Shown: piece after piece, positions 13,140 to 26,821 of the stretch | How positions within the stretch are numbered: the first letter of the stretch is position 1 | How the letters are laid out: each line of letters starts with the position of its first letter | Assembly (NCBI GenBank): GCA_043228905.1 | Contig: JBHGNT010000009.1 | Coordinates: forward strand, 9,796,001-9,860,000 | From: Azolla caroliniana | Taxonomy: Eukaryota; Plantae; Polypodiophyta | Reading direction: 5' to 3' | Length of the DNA: 64,000 nucleotides | Program-made: the position numbers and the translations under genes | The notes under the pieces: generated by a model | The model's input: only the letters and a program-made list of their open reading frames with translations | Told to the model about the DNA's origin: nothing | The model's database searches: none

Positions 13140-14567
13140 CATCATTGGTTTCGAGGATGAACATTCTTCCATCTCGATGCCCTTGCGCAATGATCCAGCC
13201 TTCCTCCTCGATAAAGCAACCACGGTGGGTAAATTGGACCTGCATTCCATGACCTATGATCTGGCCGACCAACACCAAGTTCTTGGTGATCATCGGAACA
13301 TGCAGGACATTCCTCATGAACCCTTTCTGGCCAACATGGCTCAGTGGGACATCTTCGATGTGCTCGATGGGATGTGGGGTCTCGTCTCTTGTTTTGACTA
13401 GACCCGGCTTTTCCAACTTCTCAAGGAAAGAGAACCAGACCTTGTGGTTCGTCATGTAGTTTGAAGCTCCGGAGTCCAAATACCAAAGTTCTTCCGACTT
13501 TGAGTCGGATGCAACCATTTTGTTGGCCTTATGCTTCATTACGAGGGCCGGTCCCGACTCGGCTCTCTGTGAGCTTCCGGCATAGTGCGATCGGTGACGC
13601 ATGTATGCGTCTTTCCGGCTCGATCCGGCTTTTTCCCAATCGGCACTTTGCTTCCAACACTCGCTTTCTTTGTGGCCCTTTTGGCAATAGTACCAGCATT
13701 CCGTGTCGGCTTTACCTTTCCGGTTTCCGATGCCGCTTTCACTCCCCCTATTCTTCAAGTGTCTGTAATTGTTGTCGACACCATCTTTGTGCCTCCGATT
13801 CTACTCTTGTCGGCCGCCTATATTGCGTGTCGATCCGCCTTGACCACCACGACTACGGGGTCTCTCTGCCTCCGTGTACAACATCTTGTTGTTGGTGTTC
13901 GTGCTCGTCAATGCACCCACGTGGTTCTCCTCTACAAGGAGCATTGAATGTAAGTCGAAAAATGAGGGCGTATTCTCCCTTGTACATACTGCCATCTAGA
14001 ATGCTCCGAACTTTGACACCAGGCCCCTGAGACAGACCTCTACCATGTCACCTCCTTGATGGTCACGTTGATGGAGGCTAGTGAATCGAAGATGTCTTTA
14101 GTCCAGGCTATGTAGTCGGCCACCGACATGTCCTTCTTCTGGACATTGCTCTACTACTATTGGAGTTGCAACTTCTGGGCCGTGGTGCTTGTGGCGAAGA
14201 CCCTTTTCAAGTTTCCCCAAGTTTCCTTTGGTGTCTTGGCGTCCCGGATATGGCTTAGCAGTTTATCACCGACACTAGATGTGTAGCAGTACATTACCCT
14301 ACTTGCCGCTTGTTCCCAAACTGGGAAGTCCCTGAGTGCCGCATCAGGTGTCGTATCGTTAGCTCTATCGACATAACTCTAGTAGCCATGCTTGAGCAGG
14401 TACTGGTGCATCTTGTTCGACCAAGATGTGTAGTTGGATTTGTCGAGCTTCTCCGTTGGGAATGAGCTAGCCATTCCTCAGTCCATTCTCTCCTTCATGT
14501 TCTTTACTGATTGTTAGGGTTTGTCCGTAGAGGTCGCTTGTTGTCAATAAAGGTTCTCAAAGCTTGC

Positions 14568-14855
14568 GCTCTACTACCATGAAAAGGATATTGTGCGGAA
14601 GCTAAGACAAAACCAGCTAGTCCGGTTAACAACATAACACAAAACGGAGGTTTAATGGAAAGATTGAATACATGGGAGAGACAGAGAGAGAGATAGCAAA
14701 ACAACATAAACTCAATTTCAAAATATCACTCTGTACATACAAATGTCGTACAGAACACTTTTTATACAAGTCCTTAAAAGGACTGACAGAAGTACTAACA
14801 TGTACTTCAATGCTCATACAAGCGACTAACACTAACTCCAAGGAATATGCCTACA
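14568..14855 (-). repeat. Copia A degenerate iMet PBS (14568-14579) and probable 5' LTR (14580-14855)
   Basis: TGGTAGTAGAGC directly after ...CCTTTTCA; TGTAGG start and TATAAAAAG on minus. The outer boundary is inferred, with no partner LTR to confirm it. Confidence 0.55.
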
Positions 14856-17271
14856 TACTAGGCTCAGACCATAGGTTCCAACGGCCTACTATTTCTCACT
14901 ATTTTGGAGTAAGATCCGGTTCTCCGGTCCGGCTTAGGTTCCGTATACCAATATATCCGGACACCAATCCGGGTACCTATCTAGTTCCCCGTTCCGGATA
15001 CCGATCAGGATCTGGCTGAGCATGCCCGCTCAATAGGGTATGGCCAACCTTGATCCCTCTAGCGCCGCGAGGTGGTAGGTGGCGTTGTCGTTGGCGCTCA
15101 TCACCACATACGGTTCAAACCATCTTCTTGTGAACTTTCTTGTCATGTTGTGTTGGTTGTCAAAGCTGATGTCATATACCAATGCCCAATCTCCTTCTTC
15201 GATCTTTTTGGGATGCAGTCGATGTGTCTTGTTGAACCAAATATTGTTCTTCACTCGGGCTACCTCTATTATCTTTTGTGCATTTTCTAAATCTTCCGTC
15301 CTTCTTTCGAGCTATCTTATTCGCGCTGCCAATAATTCTTCTCGGCTCATCTCGTTCTTGCTTGAGGTGATCGTCCTTTTGATGGGCATTACCGGTTTTT
15401 TTCCATACATAAGCTCTATTGGCATATACCTTGTCACAGAACTGTGTGTAGTTCTGTCGGCCCACAAGGCATAGGGCAATAGTCATGGTCAGTTCCCTAC
15501 TCGACCGTTGCATGCTCGTACAATGACGTTGACTATCAATCCATGACCTCGCTCGATCTTCCCATTCACTTCCGGATTGTAGGTAGTCGTGAGGGAGAGC
15601 TTCACGCTTTCACGCCCTCACGCCTAGTCGCTCGAAGGTGCTTTGTGTGCATCTAACTCCCCTCGGTCGGCCAATAGCTTTCCCACACATCCGTATCGGT
15701 AGACGACCTCTTCGAGTAGAAATTTGCAAAAGGCTAACATCGTCTTATTTGCCAAGGCCCGTCCTTCCACCTAATTTGTTTGGTATTCTCTTGCCAGTAC
15801 CAAGTACTTCATCTGTCCCAGTCCCATGGGCATCGAGACCAGGTCCACCATCCATTCGAAATGTATGGTGAGTGGGTATATTGGCCACAACTCATCACGA
15901 TGACGTATGTTTGAATGTACCGAGTAGTTTTCGCATGTGGACACAAAATGAAGTACATCTTTGTACATGCTCGGCCACTAGTACTCTAGCTTTTTGAACG
16001 TCGTCCATGTCCCTCTATGACCTGCCCAAGGACTCTCGTGGAATTCAGACATCAGCATCGCTTGGTCCTCTTTCTTTGCCACTACTTGACATGACATTCT
16101 TGTCCTTCTCTTTGGGTGCCGCCAAAGGAATCCTCCCTTCCGAAAGTACTAGTAAGATTTCTTCTAGATTTCTATTGTCTCCTCCTTCATCCACGAGGCA
16201 TCCGTCATCATTATTCTCAAGAACCTGTTGATCAATAACCACTTTCCTTCATACTCGTTCTCGTTGAAGGAGTGGAGGGTTGGTGTGTCTTTGTCTTCCG
16301 CCAATAGTAGGGCCGTCTTGAAGAAGTTGAGGGTGGTGTCTTCATTTTGCGAAACCATATCACTTTCATTCTCGAATCTTGCTAGTGACAACATGTCAGC
16401 CATGACGTTGTTCTTTCCTGCAATGTGGAGGATCTTTGGGTTCAAAGCATAGCCAAATCTGGTATCGCACATCCTGAGATCATCCCAAGGATTGGGAGAC
16501 AATCCCTCTCAATTATCACTTTTGACCCGATACCCTAGAGTTCTCGCTTGAATTGGGCATATCCTTGTTGTCATTTGCTAAGAACTTTGCTCCAAATCAA
16601 ATGGCATACCGTGCACTATCTTCTCCTTCTTGGTTGATGACCCACGTGATTCTGGTGGGGCTCATATCCACAATCACATAAATTGGCTTTCCTTTGGTAT
16701 AGTCGTCCTTTCGTAGAGTTGGAGCTTCAAGAAATAGTTTCTTCAATATTCATATCGCATTTGTATGCTCCTCTTGCTATTCGAACTTCTTCCTTTTCTT
16801 CAGCAATGCATATAATGGCTTGGCAACATGAGCGTAATGCGGAATCTAGATATGATAAAAGGCACACGCTCCAAATAATCATCGCACCTCTATCTAGGAT
16901 ATACATTCTTTCCACATCTCTTGAATAACATTCACCTTCTCAAGAGAGGGTTTCCGTCCGTATGGTCCGCAAAGATGTCCCAGTACTAGGACCTCACATT
17001 GACAGAATGCCGACTTTTTTCCAGAGAATGTGAGCCCTGCTCCTAGTCTTTGAAGAGCTCTCTCATAGTCTTCAATATGGTTTGAAACAAATCTTCTACA
17101 TCCATCTTGATCTAACAACTCATCGTTTTTTTATTTAGGGCACCCTTTTATAGGAATATCATCGACGAAACACATCGTAATCTCTGGGATGTAGTCTCTT
17201 AGTACTTTGTTCAGGACATTCACCACGTGTGCTATAGAGTTAGTTACACCTTGAGGTAGGGTGGAAATCCG

Positions 17272-17571
17272 TACCAATCCAATCGAGGTCCTCATTGTTG
17301 TGAAGTCTCTACTATCGACTGCTAGTTGAAACTGATCTTAGCTTGAGTAGAGATCACCAATAGAATAAATGGACCTTCCCGCAAATGCTTCCGTGAACTC
17401 ATCAATACTTGGACCAATTCCATACCAATCCAATCATGGTGCTCATTGTTATGATGTGTCTACTATCGACTGCTAGTTGAAACTGATCTTAGCTTCAGTA
17501 GAGATCACCAATAGAATAAATGGACCTTCCCGCAAATGCTTCCGCGAACTCATCAATACTTGGACCAATTC
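17272..17571. repeat. ~150-bp tandem duplication inside T2 RT
   Basis: TACCAATCCAATC...GGACCAATTCC occurs twice head-to-tail. Confidence 0.85.
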
Positions 17572-17650
17572 CGGCATTGCGAGTCATCACTTTATTCACT
17601 AGTTAAAGATCTTGTATGAACCTTAAGGTTCCATTCTTCTTTGGTACCGT

Positions 17651-18985
17651 TGTCGCGGAAATCCGCGCGTGCGTGTCGAATAGGACGTGATCATGAGGGT
17701 CTTGGACTAGGGAGTAAGAGGAGGGAGAGAAGCTTGGGAGTTCAACTGAGAAGGAAGAGAAAGATTAAGATTCAAGAGATTAAGATTCAAGAGAATAAGA
17801 TCTAAACCAGACAAGATATATTACGGAAAGCACCAAACCAATTACAACCGAGACCGTTATCGCGGTATTCCGTGAGTACGTGTAAGATCTTAGGCGGGAC
17901 CACGGGGATCTTGGACTAGGGAGTAGAGGGGGAATGGAAACTTAGCTCGAGAGGAGAGGAGAAAGAATAGGACATAAACATAGAATGGATGGAGGCAAGA
18001 TACACAAACGAGTTATATTAAGAAACACCAAACACTTTACAACCATGACCGCATAGGCCGAACGAAAACACTATATGGAACCCTAACCAGATAAGTAAAG
18101 AAGATGAGGAAGAAGAAACCCTAAACCCGAAATGGTATGAAGAAGAAGAAGAATAGTAAAACCCTAGACGAAACCCTAAAACTGAAATAGAAACCCACGA
18201 CCTAAGTGGTATACCTCTCTCACTCAAAATAGGCAACCCTTCACAAGAGACCTCTCCCTTCCTTTTATAGCTTGAGGGAGGGACATTACAATGTGCGATA
18301 AATTCTCCCCCTTATTCTATACACCATTTTCCTACTATACAGGTGCACATGTTGCACATTGCTGACTTGCCCATTCCATCCTGGTTTCACACCAAAGCCG
18401 GAAATCTTGACGACACCATGTAGGCCAAATATAAACCCTCTAGATGAAACCCTAACCGGATACGGGAAAAGAAGAAGAAGAAGAAGAAGACAAATGAAAC
18501 CCCTAAAACAAGATCCTAAAACCCAAAATTCTAAAACCCTAATGGCAACCCAAAGAAACCCAAAAAGTGGAAGCCCTTCAAAAATGCCCCCTCACTCCCT
18601 TTTATAGTAGTAAGGGGTGACGTAAATTACATAAAGAAGAGGTCAACCCCCCCTTCTTTCGATGGGGGGAATATTTGGCCTTTATCTTAGGAGGAGAGAT
18701 TGATGGAGCCTTAACTCCCTCTCCTCACACACACATTATGCCCATTACTCACTACACCCGTACTTCATTTACTCTCCCTTTAGTCTACATGTGCATGTGC
18801 ACATAAGTGCACATCACATTTACACTTTATGAATTTTCGTAGTGCACTTTTAACACCTTACATTTACCCTTCCTTTTTTACATTTGTTTCTTTTACAAAT
18901 CTTCCAAGTGCATGTGCAATGTTGCACATCCCCATTTTATCCATCCCACTTGGTTTTCTCACCATGGCTGAAAATCCTCAAGACA
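17651..18985 (-). mobile_element. Solo LTR of Trp-Gypsy family inserted in T2 RT
   Basis: TGTCGCG...CAAGACA termini, 4-bp TSD CCGT/CCGT; removal restores NRWFTV-PKKNG. Confidence 0.9.
17858..18415 (-). mobile_element. Second solo LTR nested within the first
   Basis: TATCGCG...GACGACA termini, TSD CCGT/CCAT; internally homologous to the outer LTR (GTCTTGGACTAGGGAGTA; CCTTTTATAG). Confidence 0.8.
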
Positions 18986-20475
18986 CCGTGAACCACCTAT
19001 TTGAGTAAGGAGCATTCGACGGTTCCAGAATTCCCATCTCGACCTTCTCTTTCAAGAGCTTGATTAATTTTGGAATGTGCACACTTGGGACTAGTATCAG
19101 TTTCAGGTTCCACGACACATGTGGTATTGTGAATATTACCATCAGTTCTATTATCCTTGGATCTGCGCATTCGATTTCATTCAGATAGAATGCAAATGAT
19201 TTCCCATGTCTTTCGAGCATTTCCCAAAATGCGCCTTGCTCTTCTGGCAAGAGAAATTCATCTTTCCCAACATGAAGCTTTTCTGTTGTCTCTTTAGTGA
19301 AGGCATGTCTGATTCCTCTCGGATCCCGTAGTCTTGGATCCTATGCAACTTTCTTCATTTTTTGCCAGCTATCCTCTAGTAGCAGAATAGCAATAGGCTT
19401 TACTTTCTTGTCCACCATTTTGTATTTCGTATTAACGTCAACTATCTTGGCCATGATACTTCGATTATACTCGTCGATGGCAACGTACATTTCGATGGAG
19501 TTTATTTGAATTGCTTGCTGGCTACGAGGGCCCAAGTCCATGACATTCTCCATTTCTCCAATGGTGTCGTTAAACGAGGTTTCCTCCATAACCCATTCGA
19601 TGCTTTCATCGTTTTCCATTATTTGTTCTTCTCTTAAAGCTTTCTCGAAGCTTTGCATCCGATACTTCTCTTCTTTGTCAAACGTGTTGATTTTGCACAC
19701 TCCATTAGGGGCTACGTATAACCCTCCTTTCACAAATTCGTGAACCTTTCTTCCTTCTTGGGGCGTACACTTATTTGTACTATTCACACCCCACTCACAA
19801 ATAACCCGGCCTAAAAATCCGACACATCATCTCTGAGACTATCCCAATTCCTTTCATGGTTGGCATGTATAATCAAGAATTGTACAATCTTCTTCCCGTC
19901 AAGACTCCTTACTCGAGCAAATACCACACCATTGTCAAACACTTTGGTTTCCATCCGGGATGATGTTATGTATGTTTGTCCTAGAATGATACGATGTGAT
20001 GCCGAGTCTTGAACAAAAAAGTGTTTATCTATTTCGACATCGCCAATCATGATGGGGATATTAGGACATGCATCATACATGTCTTCAGTAGCTTTCTTTG
20101 CTACACCATGATTTGTATTTATGGGCCATCTTCCCTTTTTGTAAACCTTAGTCGACATAAGGTTGATCTCGAACCCATGGTCTAACCATCTGGTTATACT
20201 TTGCACACGTGTGTTACCCGGCCGACAAAGGAGTTCAAGACCAGAATGTGAAAGGGATTGTTATTCAGAATCTATTTTAATTAAGTAGAATAGATTATAA
20301 TTAAGTAGTGAACGGACAGACCGGAATCGGTATGCCGATCTGGATCCGGACCAGTTCCGAACAGGTGCCGGTTGGCACCGTTTTGTACGCAGCACCGGTG
20401 ACCTATATAAAGGCCCGGTTACAATGTAAAACTTTAACGGAGAATTAATATAAGCTTCTTGTTTTATCTTCACGT

Positions 20476-21125
20476 TGTTGTGAAGAAAACCGTCACTTAG
20501 CGCAATCGGTGCATAGCGCGCGCGAACCGACTCTTCACGCGTACGTGCCCTTTAATGTATATAATAGAGGATTAGGTACAAAGGTATATCCTAGGTAGTT
20601 AGATTCGGTAGGTAGGAAGTTAATGAGGGAAACGACTCCCTTCTTGAAGCTATAAAGGAGAGGGAGACGCAGGGAGAAGGGGGCCGCGCATTGAGGAGGA
20701 CGAAGTGCTGTCGGACCGTAACCGAACGCTTCTCCTCTATTTGTTCTCTATTGCTCTTCTCTGCGGGTTTTCGGGAGGCTCACGCTGCTTCGAGGAACAT
20801 TGTGTGCTTCCGGCAGCACCTCCATCCTATCCCCTTTTCATGCGCAGACGAACAGGCATCGACATCTGTTCGTCGGCCTGTTCGGTTGTAACCGCTCGCG
20901 TGCTCTGTTGTTTATTTGACATTCGTTAATATACAAACATTTGTGTCTCTTTGTCTCTGTGTCCATTCACGTCTTCTGCGTTGACGGGCTGTGCCCCTGT
21001 GTTTCTTTGCTCATACGTAACCGGGCGTCTCTCTCTTTCTCTTTCCCCTTCTATCACCTGCTCTACGGTTGAAGACCCCGGTGGTCCCACCTCGTTTCTC
21101 CACGCACGCGCGTAGTAACGCGACA
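20476..21125 (+). repeat. T3 5' LTR
   Basis: TGTTGTG...CGCGACA, direct repeat of 26814-27463 with mostly transition differences; TATA GCTATAAAGG ~20650. Confidence 0.97.
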
Positions 21126-21129
21126 TATT

Positions 21130-21147
21130 TGGTGAACCCGACGTGAA
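21130..21147 (+). promoter_or_regulatory. PBS tRNA-Trp (18 nt)
   Basis: TGGTGAACCCGACGTGAA, 4 nt after the LTR. Confidence 0.9.
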
Positions 21148-23268
21148 CAAGGCGGCAAAGGAGCAGAAGATGAGGGGGTCGGATCTTGCAGAGGCCATGG
21201 CTTCGGCCGTGGACCGGATAGTGAGCGCGCGCGAGGGCACCGGCGCCCTTGACAGGGCTATTGAGGCGATCGTCGGTACGATCGGCCGGTTCAGTGGAAA
21301 GGATGCCATGAGTTATTTGGCGTCCTATCGGGTGGAGATGTTGATGAGGGATATTCCGGAAGAGAGGCGTCTTGCCGGATTCCCTCGAGTGGTGATGCCG
21401 GGCATCCATGCGGAGGTGCCCGAGGTCCGGGCGGAGAGCCGGACCTAGGAGGAGTTCGAAGGACGGCTCCTGGAGAAATACGGGCTGGATGACGCACTTT
21501 GACTTTCGAAGCGGGGCTTCATGGAGTGGGTGGAGTCCCCCAACAAAGGAAGAAATGCGTCGGTACTCCTCCGAGAGTTTGAGGAACGCTTTGCGCGCCT
21601 TTCGGCGCTCGATTGGACCGTTCTGGACACAAGTCGTGTCCTACTATTTGTCAAATCGGTTGATGCACGGGATCGGGAGCAACTGGGCTCCTTACTGGAA
21701 ACCGAAGACGGGCTGACGGCCGACTGGGCCGCGGTAAAAAGAGTCTGCAGCCATTTTGACAAACGGTGGGAGTGGGCTGATACAGAGACGACCGGGGCGG
21801 GTCCCGTCGCAGCAAGGAAGCTCGAACCGATACCGCAGGCGCGAAGGGAAGAGACCCGGGAGTGGCTCGAAACCGGTTCGGCTTCGACCGGCGTGGTCAG
21901 AGGCTCGTCTGGGGGAACAACTTTGGAGGAGTTGACACAGGCGGTAAAGGATCTCCAGATCGCCCAGGCTCGGAGGGAAGGTGGCGAACAGGCCCGTGAT
22001 CGACGGCCTCCGGCAGGAAATAGGTGCATGTGGTGCGACGAGGTCGGCCACATCCGGAAAGACTGCGGGGACTTTGCGGAGGCTTTGAGAAGCCGGGTAG
22101 TGTACCTGTGGGAAGGTCGGGTGCACGCCAGCGATACCCGGAGGGCCCTGAACCGAAACGATGGGCGAGGAGGAATGAAAAGGCTGATGGAAGAGGCGGC
22201 GGCCCGGCACGCGGAGACCGTCCACTACTCAGCGTCAGCCGGTATTCGGGTCGGAGGCAGCGAGGCCCGGAAGGAGAGCAAAGCCGGGTTCTGACCGACG
22301 GTGCTAGAAGGCCTCGTCGGTGCCCGACTAAAGAAAGACGAGGCGGACCGCGCGGAGAAGTGGGTCCAGGAGGTAACCGGGTGGAATGACCCGGTCGAAG
22401 AAAAGACGGATTTCGTCGAAGCAGCTTGCCAGAACTACGAGGCTCTGGTTGAAGACAAACGGGTAGGTAAAACCGGAGGGGCTAGACCCTCATAGAGATA
22501 CGAAACCCGATTCAGGCTGAAACAGAACGAGGCCGGTGAGACCAGTGCCCGGGATAACCACAAGAAGGGCGGATACCGGTTGGGCATGGAGATCGAAAGG
22601 ACCACGGACCTACGAAAGGTCCTGGAAGAACGAGTCCTCGACAGCAAGGTGGAACTGTCGTTGCGGGAGGTGCTCGGAATCACCAAGAAGGAGTTCCACG
22701 ACTCCATCGTAGACTTGGTGAAGAGGAAGAGGCTGTCGACGGAGACAGAACCGGAAAGGCCGGCGGAGGTGCGGACGATGCACATAGAGGAGATGGCACT
22801 GAAAGACAAGAGGGCGGAGAGCCACTACTCGAGGCCACACTAGGCCCGAGCGACCACAGAAACCCCAGTGAAGATCGGAGATGTTCAGGAACCGGTGGTA
22901 GCGCTGGTGGACCACGGTTCGGAAATAAACCTGATGTCCATGGACTTCTACAAGAAGGGGAAATGGCCGATCAACACCAAGCACGGGTGGAAGATACGGG
23001 CGGCGACGCGCGCCACCGAGGAACTACACGGGGCCTGCCCAAACTTGCGAGTCAAGATCGGCGACGTTGAGATAGATCAGCACTTCTTTGTGCAGGAGAC
23101 ATCCTCGCACCCGGTCATACTGGGAGAATCGTACATTACGACAACGGGTCGGCTTACGCGAGGGTCAAGAGTCAGGACGAGCGTCATTCGGTCCAGTTCT
23201 TGACGGTGCGACCGAACCACGAGCGAAACCGCGAGTCCCTCAGTGGCGAGAACCGAGAGGATTTTTAG
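21143..23268 (+). pseudogene. gag: T3 gag-protease, disrupted
   Basis: ORF pieces 21143-21448, 21521-22294 (CMWCDEVGHIRKDC), 22301-22495, 22580-22843 and 22868-23203 (LVDHGSEIN); ends ...EDF* at 23268. Confidence 0.9.
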
Positions 23269-23324
23269 AGAGGGCTGTCAAGGCGTGGGGCCGCGACAGT
23301 CCAGACACTCCGGGAAAACCCCAC
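23259..23324 (+). promoter_or_regulatory. Putative -1 ribosomal frameshift signal (GGATTTT + pseudoknot)
   Basis: Heptamer 23259-23265, stem 23272-23279/23295-23302, second stem 23285-23290/23319-23324; conserved in T1 and T2. Confidence 0.75.
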
Positions 23325-26300
23325 AAATGTACGATAGAGGCGAAACCGAAGAAACCTTGTACCATAAGTAGGAAGTTTTGTTTCTCCGACAACGGAGGGT
23401 GTACGATATTCGACGTCGTTAGCCGAGAAAAGACAAGGGCAGAAGAGCGACTTCGGGCGTGCGGAGTTCTCGGGCCTAGCGAGGAAATCAACGGAGCCGT
23501 GGAGGTGGTCTCCTTCGACGATACCTTGGGAATATTGCGAGAGGTGGTCAGAGAGGGCCTTAAAGAGGACCAGACGATACCGGTTTGTTCAGAGGAGATG
23601 TACGAAGTCATCGCGGATCGAGTCGGATCGGACGGCCCGGGTTAACACGAAGTACAAGACTGTGGACCGGAAGGTAAGGCCAGTCGCGACACCCTTACTG
23701 GAGGGCAGCGAGTTGCAAATCAAGGGGGTCGCGTCGGACCCCAGTTTACGAGATCCGGCCTGCATAGGACATGCCTTCACCGACAGAACGCTACGGGAGC
23801 TCAAAATCGGTTGGGGCGGGTTCCTACTGCCGACGGAACAAGACCGGTTTCGGAGAATGCTCGGAATGCACGGGAAAGCCTTTGCATTCTCACCGGGAGA
23901 GATCGGGTGCGTAGACCCGACAGTCATGAAGCCGATGGTGATATTCACGGTACCGCATGTGCCGTGGAATCTCAAACCAATTCCAGTACCGAGAGCTCAC
24001 ATCCCGGAGCTGATGGAGCTGTTGAGGCAGAAAATTGATATGGGCATCCTCGAACCGTCGAGTGCCCCGTACTTGAACCGGTGGTTTACCGTACCGAAGA
24101 AGAACGGGACATTGCTCTTCATTCAAGACCTACAACCGGTCAACAGAGTGACCATTCGGAACGCAAGAATCGGACCAACGATAGACGAGTTCGCGGAGGC
24201 CTTCGCCGGAAGGTCGATCTACTCGGTCGGTGATCTGTACTCGGGGTACGATCAGTTCCAACTAGCCGTAGAGAGCAGAGACATTACAACGATGCGGACT
24301 CCTCTCGGCCTAGTGCGGATGTGTACCCTGCCACAAGGAGGGACGAACTCGGTGGCCCACATGGTGAATGCAATGAACAACGTGCTGAGGGATTGTATCC
24401 CGGACATCACCATGCCATTCTTGGACGACATCCCGATCAAGGGATGTCCGGTGGAGGAAAAGGACGAAACGATCGGACCGGACGGATGCCGGAGATTTGT
24501 GGCGACACACATTGACGACTGCGAGAGGGTGCTGCAGAGGCTAGAGGACGCGAGGCTCACCTTCTCCGGGGAGAAATCGGCCTTCGGGCAATCAGAGATC
24601 ATGGTCTTCGGACATCTATGCGGACTGTATGGCCGGAAACCGTCTCCGGCTAAGGTGGAAGCCATCTCCGCAATGAAGCCCGACTGTAACTCGGTCACGG
24701 AGGTACGGAGGTTCTTGGGAGCATGCGCGTTCTACCACATATGGATCCTGCATTACGCCCACATTGCCGAGCCGCTATACGGGTTGCTAAAAAAGGGGCA
24801 AAAATATTCGAGTGGCGAGACGAGCATGCGGAGTCGGTCCGAAAGATGAAGGAGGCTCTTGCTGCAGCTCCGGCACTCCGGAAGACTGTCTACGAGAAAG
24901 GCACTCCCATCTACATAACGGTAGATACGAGTTTGACCGGGATCGGATGGGTCGTCAACCAAGAAGATGGGGACGGCATTCGGTTCCCGATCCGGTTCGG
25001 CGCGAAGGTCCTCATCGAGCGACAACGAGGATACGCCCAGGTTAAACGCGAACTCTGGGGTATCGTTTCGGCGGTGAAGGCCGATAAAGACTATCTGATC
25101 GGGACAGAGGTGATTATCGAGACGGACTGCCTGCCGATTCTCGGCATGGTTTCCGGATGCGCAACCCCGGACCTGGCAATGCTCAGGTGGATAGCGTACA
25201 TCAAGTCCCTGGATGCGGAAATACGACACATTTCCGGGAAAGACAATGCCATGGCTGACATGCTTTCGAGGGCGCGATTCGACGACGAGGGCGGCATGGT
25301 TTTGGAAGACGAGGAAGTCGGCGTAGACTTCTTCGAGGCGGCCTACGTGACAACCGAGGGAGGGAGCACTCCGGCGCTTAACGATTTTAACGAGAGCAAG
25401 TACGACGGGGAGTGGCTGCAGATTTGGGGATTCTTAAGGACGATGACGCCGGACGTGTCATGGACAAAGAACGAGGCCAACCGGATCCGGAAGAAAGCAT
25501 ACCGATTCTTTCTCCGGGACGGATACTTGTGGAAACACCCGAAGAAGAGAAACGACATCCCGCTCCGAGTAGTGGCGATGGAGGAGGAATAGGAGGAGTT
25601 GCTGAAGGCCCCTGGGCTGGACACCGTGGGATGTGGGCCACGTTCGAGAAACTAAAGGGGAAGTACTCGTGGCCGGGACTGTACCGGGACGTGCATCGGT
25701 TCGTGACAACTTGTGAGAGCTGTCAGATACACTCCATAGTCCGACATCGGGACGAGCTTCACCCTACATACCCTCTGGCCATCCACTTGAAATGGATGGT
25801 AGATTTGTTGACGATGCCGATGGGCGTAGGGCAGATGCGATATCTGGTGCTGGCCCGGGAGGACCTGACGAACCAGGTGGAAGGCCGAGCCCTGTAGAAC
25901 AAAACAACCGCGGCCGTGTGTCGATTCCTGCTCGAGGACGTGATATGCCGGTACGGGTGCGTCGGGAAGATTGTGGCTGACCGCGGGGAGTTGGACGCCG
26001 AAGAGGCCGAGGAGCTGTTCGACCGGTTAGGGGTCAAGCTCTCGCTCACCACAGCGTACAATCCGGAGGCGAACGGGAAGGTGGAGCGCGGACACGGACC
26101 GATCGTCGAAGTGCTAGTCCGGGCATGCGGAGGCCAAGTCGGGAACTGGCCACGAATGTTACCTTATGCCTTGTGGGCGGACCGGACAACGCACAGTTCG
26201 GTAACCGGGTTCATGCCGTCAGAGCTCATGTTCGGACATAAGCCGATCATGCCGATGGAACGGACGATCTCCTCTTGGGCGATAGTGGACTGGAGAGACG

Positions 26301-26821
26301 AGATGAGCTGGGAAGAACTGCTAGCGGCGCGTATACAGCAGCTCGAGCGGAGGCCAGGGGACGTGGAACAAGCGGCGGAGAGACTTCAGACGGCGAGGAT
26401 GAGGAACAAAGCCCGGTTCGACCGAACGCACCGGCTCCGACCAAAGAAAATCGAGGAAGGCGACTGGGTGCTAGTCTACGACATCAGCCTCGACAACGAG
26501 CACCGGGCAACACGGAAGTTTGCAAAGCGGTGGTTCGGGCCTTACGTGGTAACGAGCGCCAACGGCAACGGGACGTATCACCTAGCAGAACTCGACGGTA
26601 CGAGGATGGCGATACCGGTAGTAGGGAAGCGGATCAAGGCGTTCAAGAAGCGCCACGACGGCAAACCGGATGTAAGAGGCTTGGACAGCGACGACGAACA
26701 GTCCGAAACGGAGGATGAACCGATGGACGAGGAACCAGAACCCGGACCGGTTTTCTCCAACCCGAACCCAATTTTGGCGCATACCGGTGGATGCGCGGTT
26801 AGGTGGGGGCGGATGTCGTGA
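23259..26821 (+). pseudogene. pol: T3 pol (RT-RNaseH-integrase), disrupted
   Basis: ORFs 23088-23645, 23662-24849 (PFLDDIPIKG), 24723-25592, 25412-25897 and 25916-26821 (ADRGE, NGKVER, WFGPY). Confidence 0.92.

Larger units (their letters stand above)
5934..14855 (-). mobile_element. Degenerate Ty1/Copia element A, split by Copia B1
   Basis: RNase H (KHIEVHYH...TADIFTKPL, 6527-6784), RT (VYVDDLVI 7285-7503; YKARLVAKGY 7746-8156), integrase remnants 8453-8838, protease/gag (WYLDSGASN, CCHC) 13140-14475. The host reading ILETNDV|..KGQKVESDIDLW rejoins across the B1 insertion. Confidence 0.85.
15030..20208 (-). mobile_element. Trp-Gypsy copy T2, 3' part (PR-RT-RH-INT), heavily decayed
   Basis: Fragments homologous to T1/T3: protease 19811-20206, RT 18978-19250, RH ~16164-16700, integrase 15030-15968. 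The element continues at 49492. Confidence 0.9.

Noticed and set aside
20205-20212. TSD for element D
   Set aside because: The flanks (CACGTG / CACTT) do not give a clean duplication; the boundary is uncertain by a few bases.
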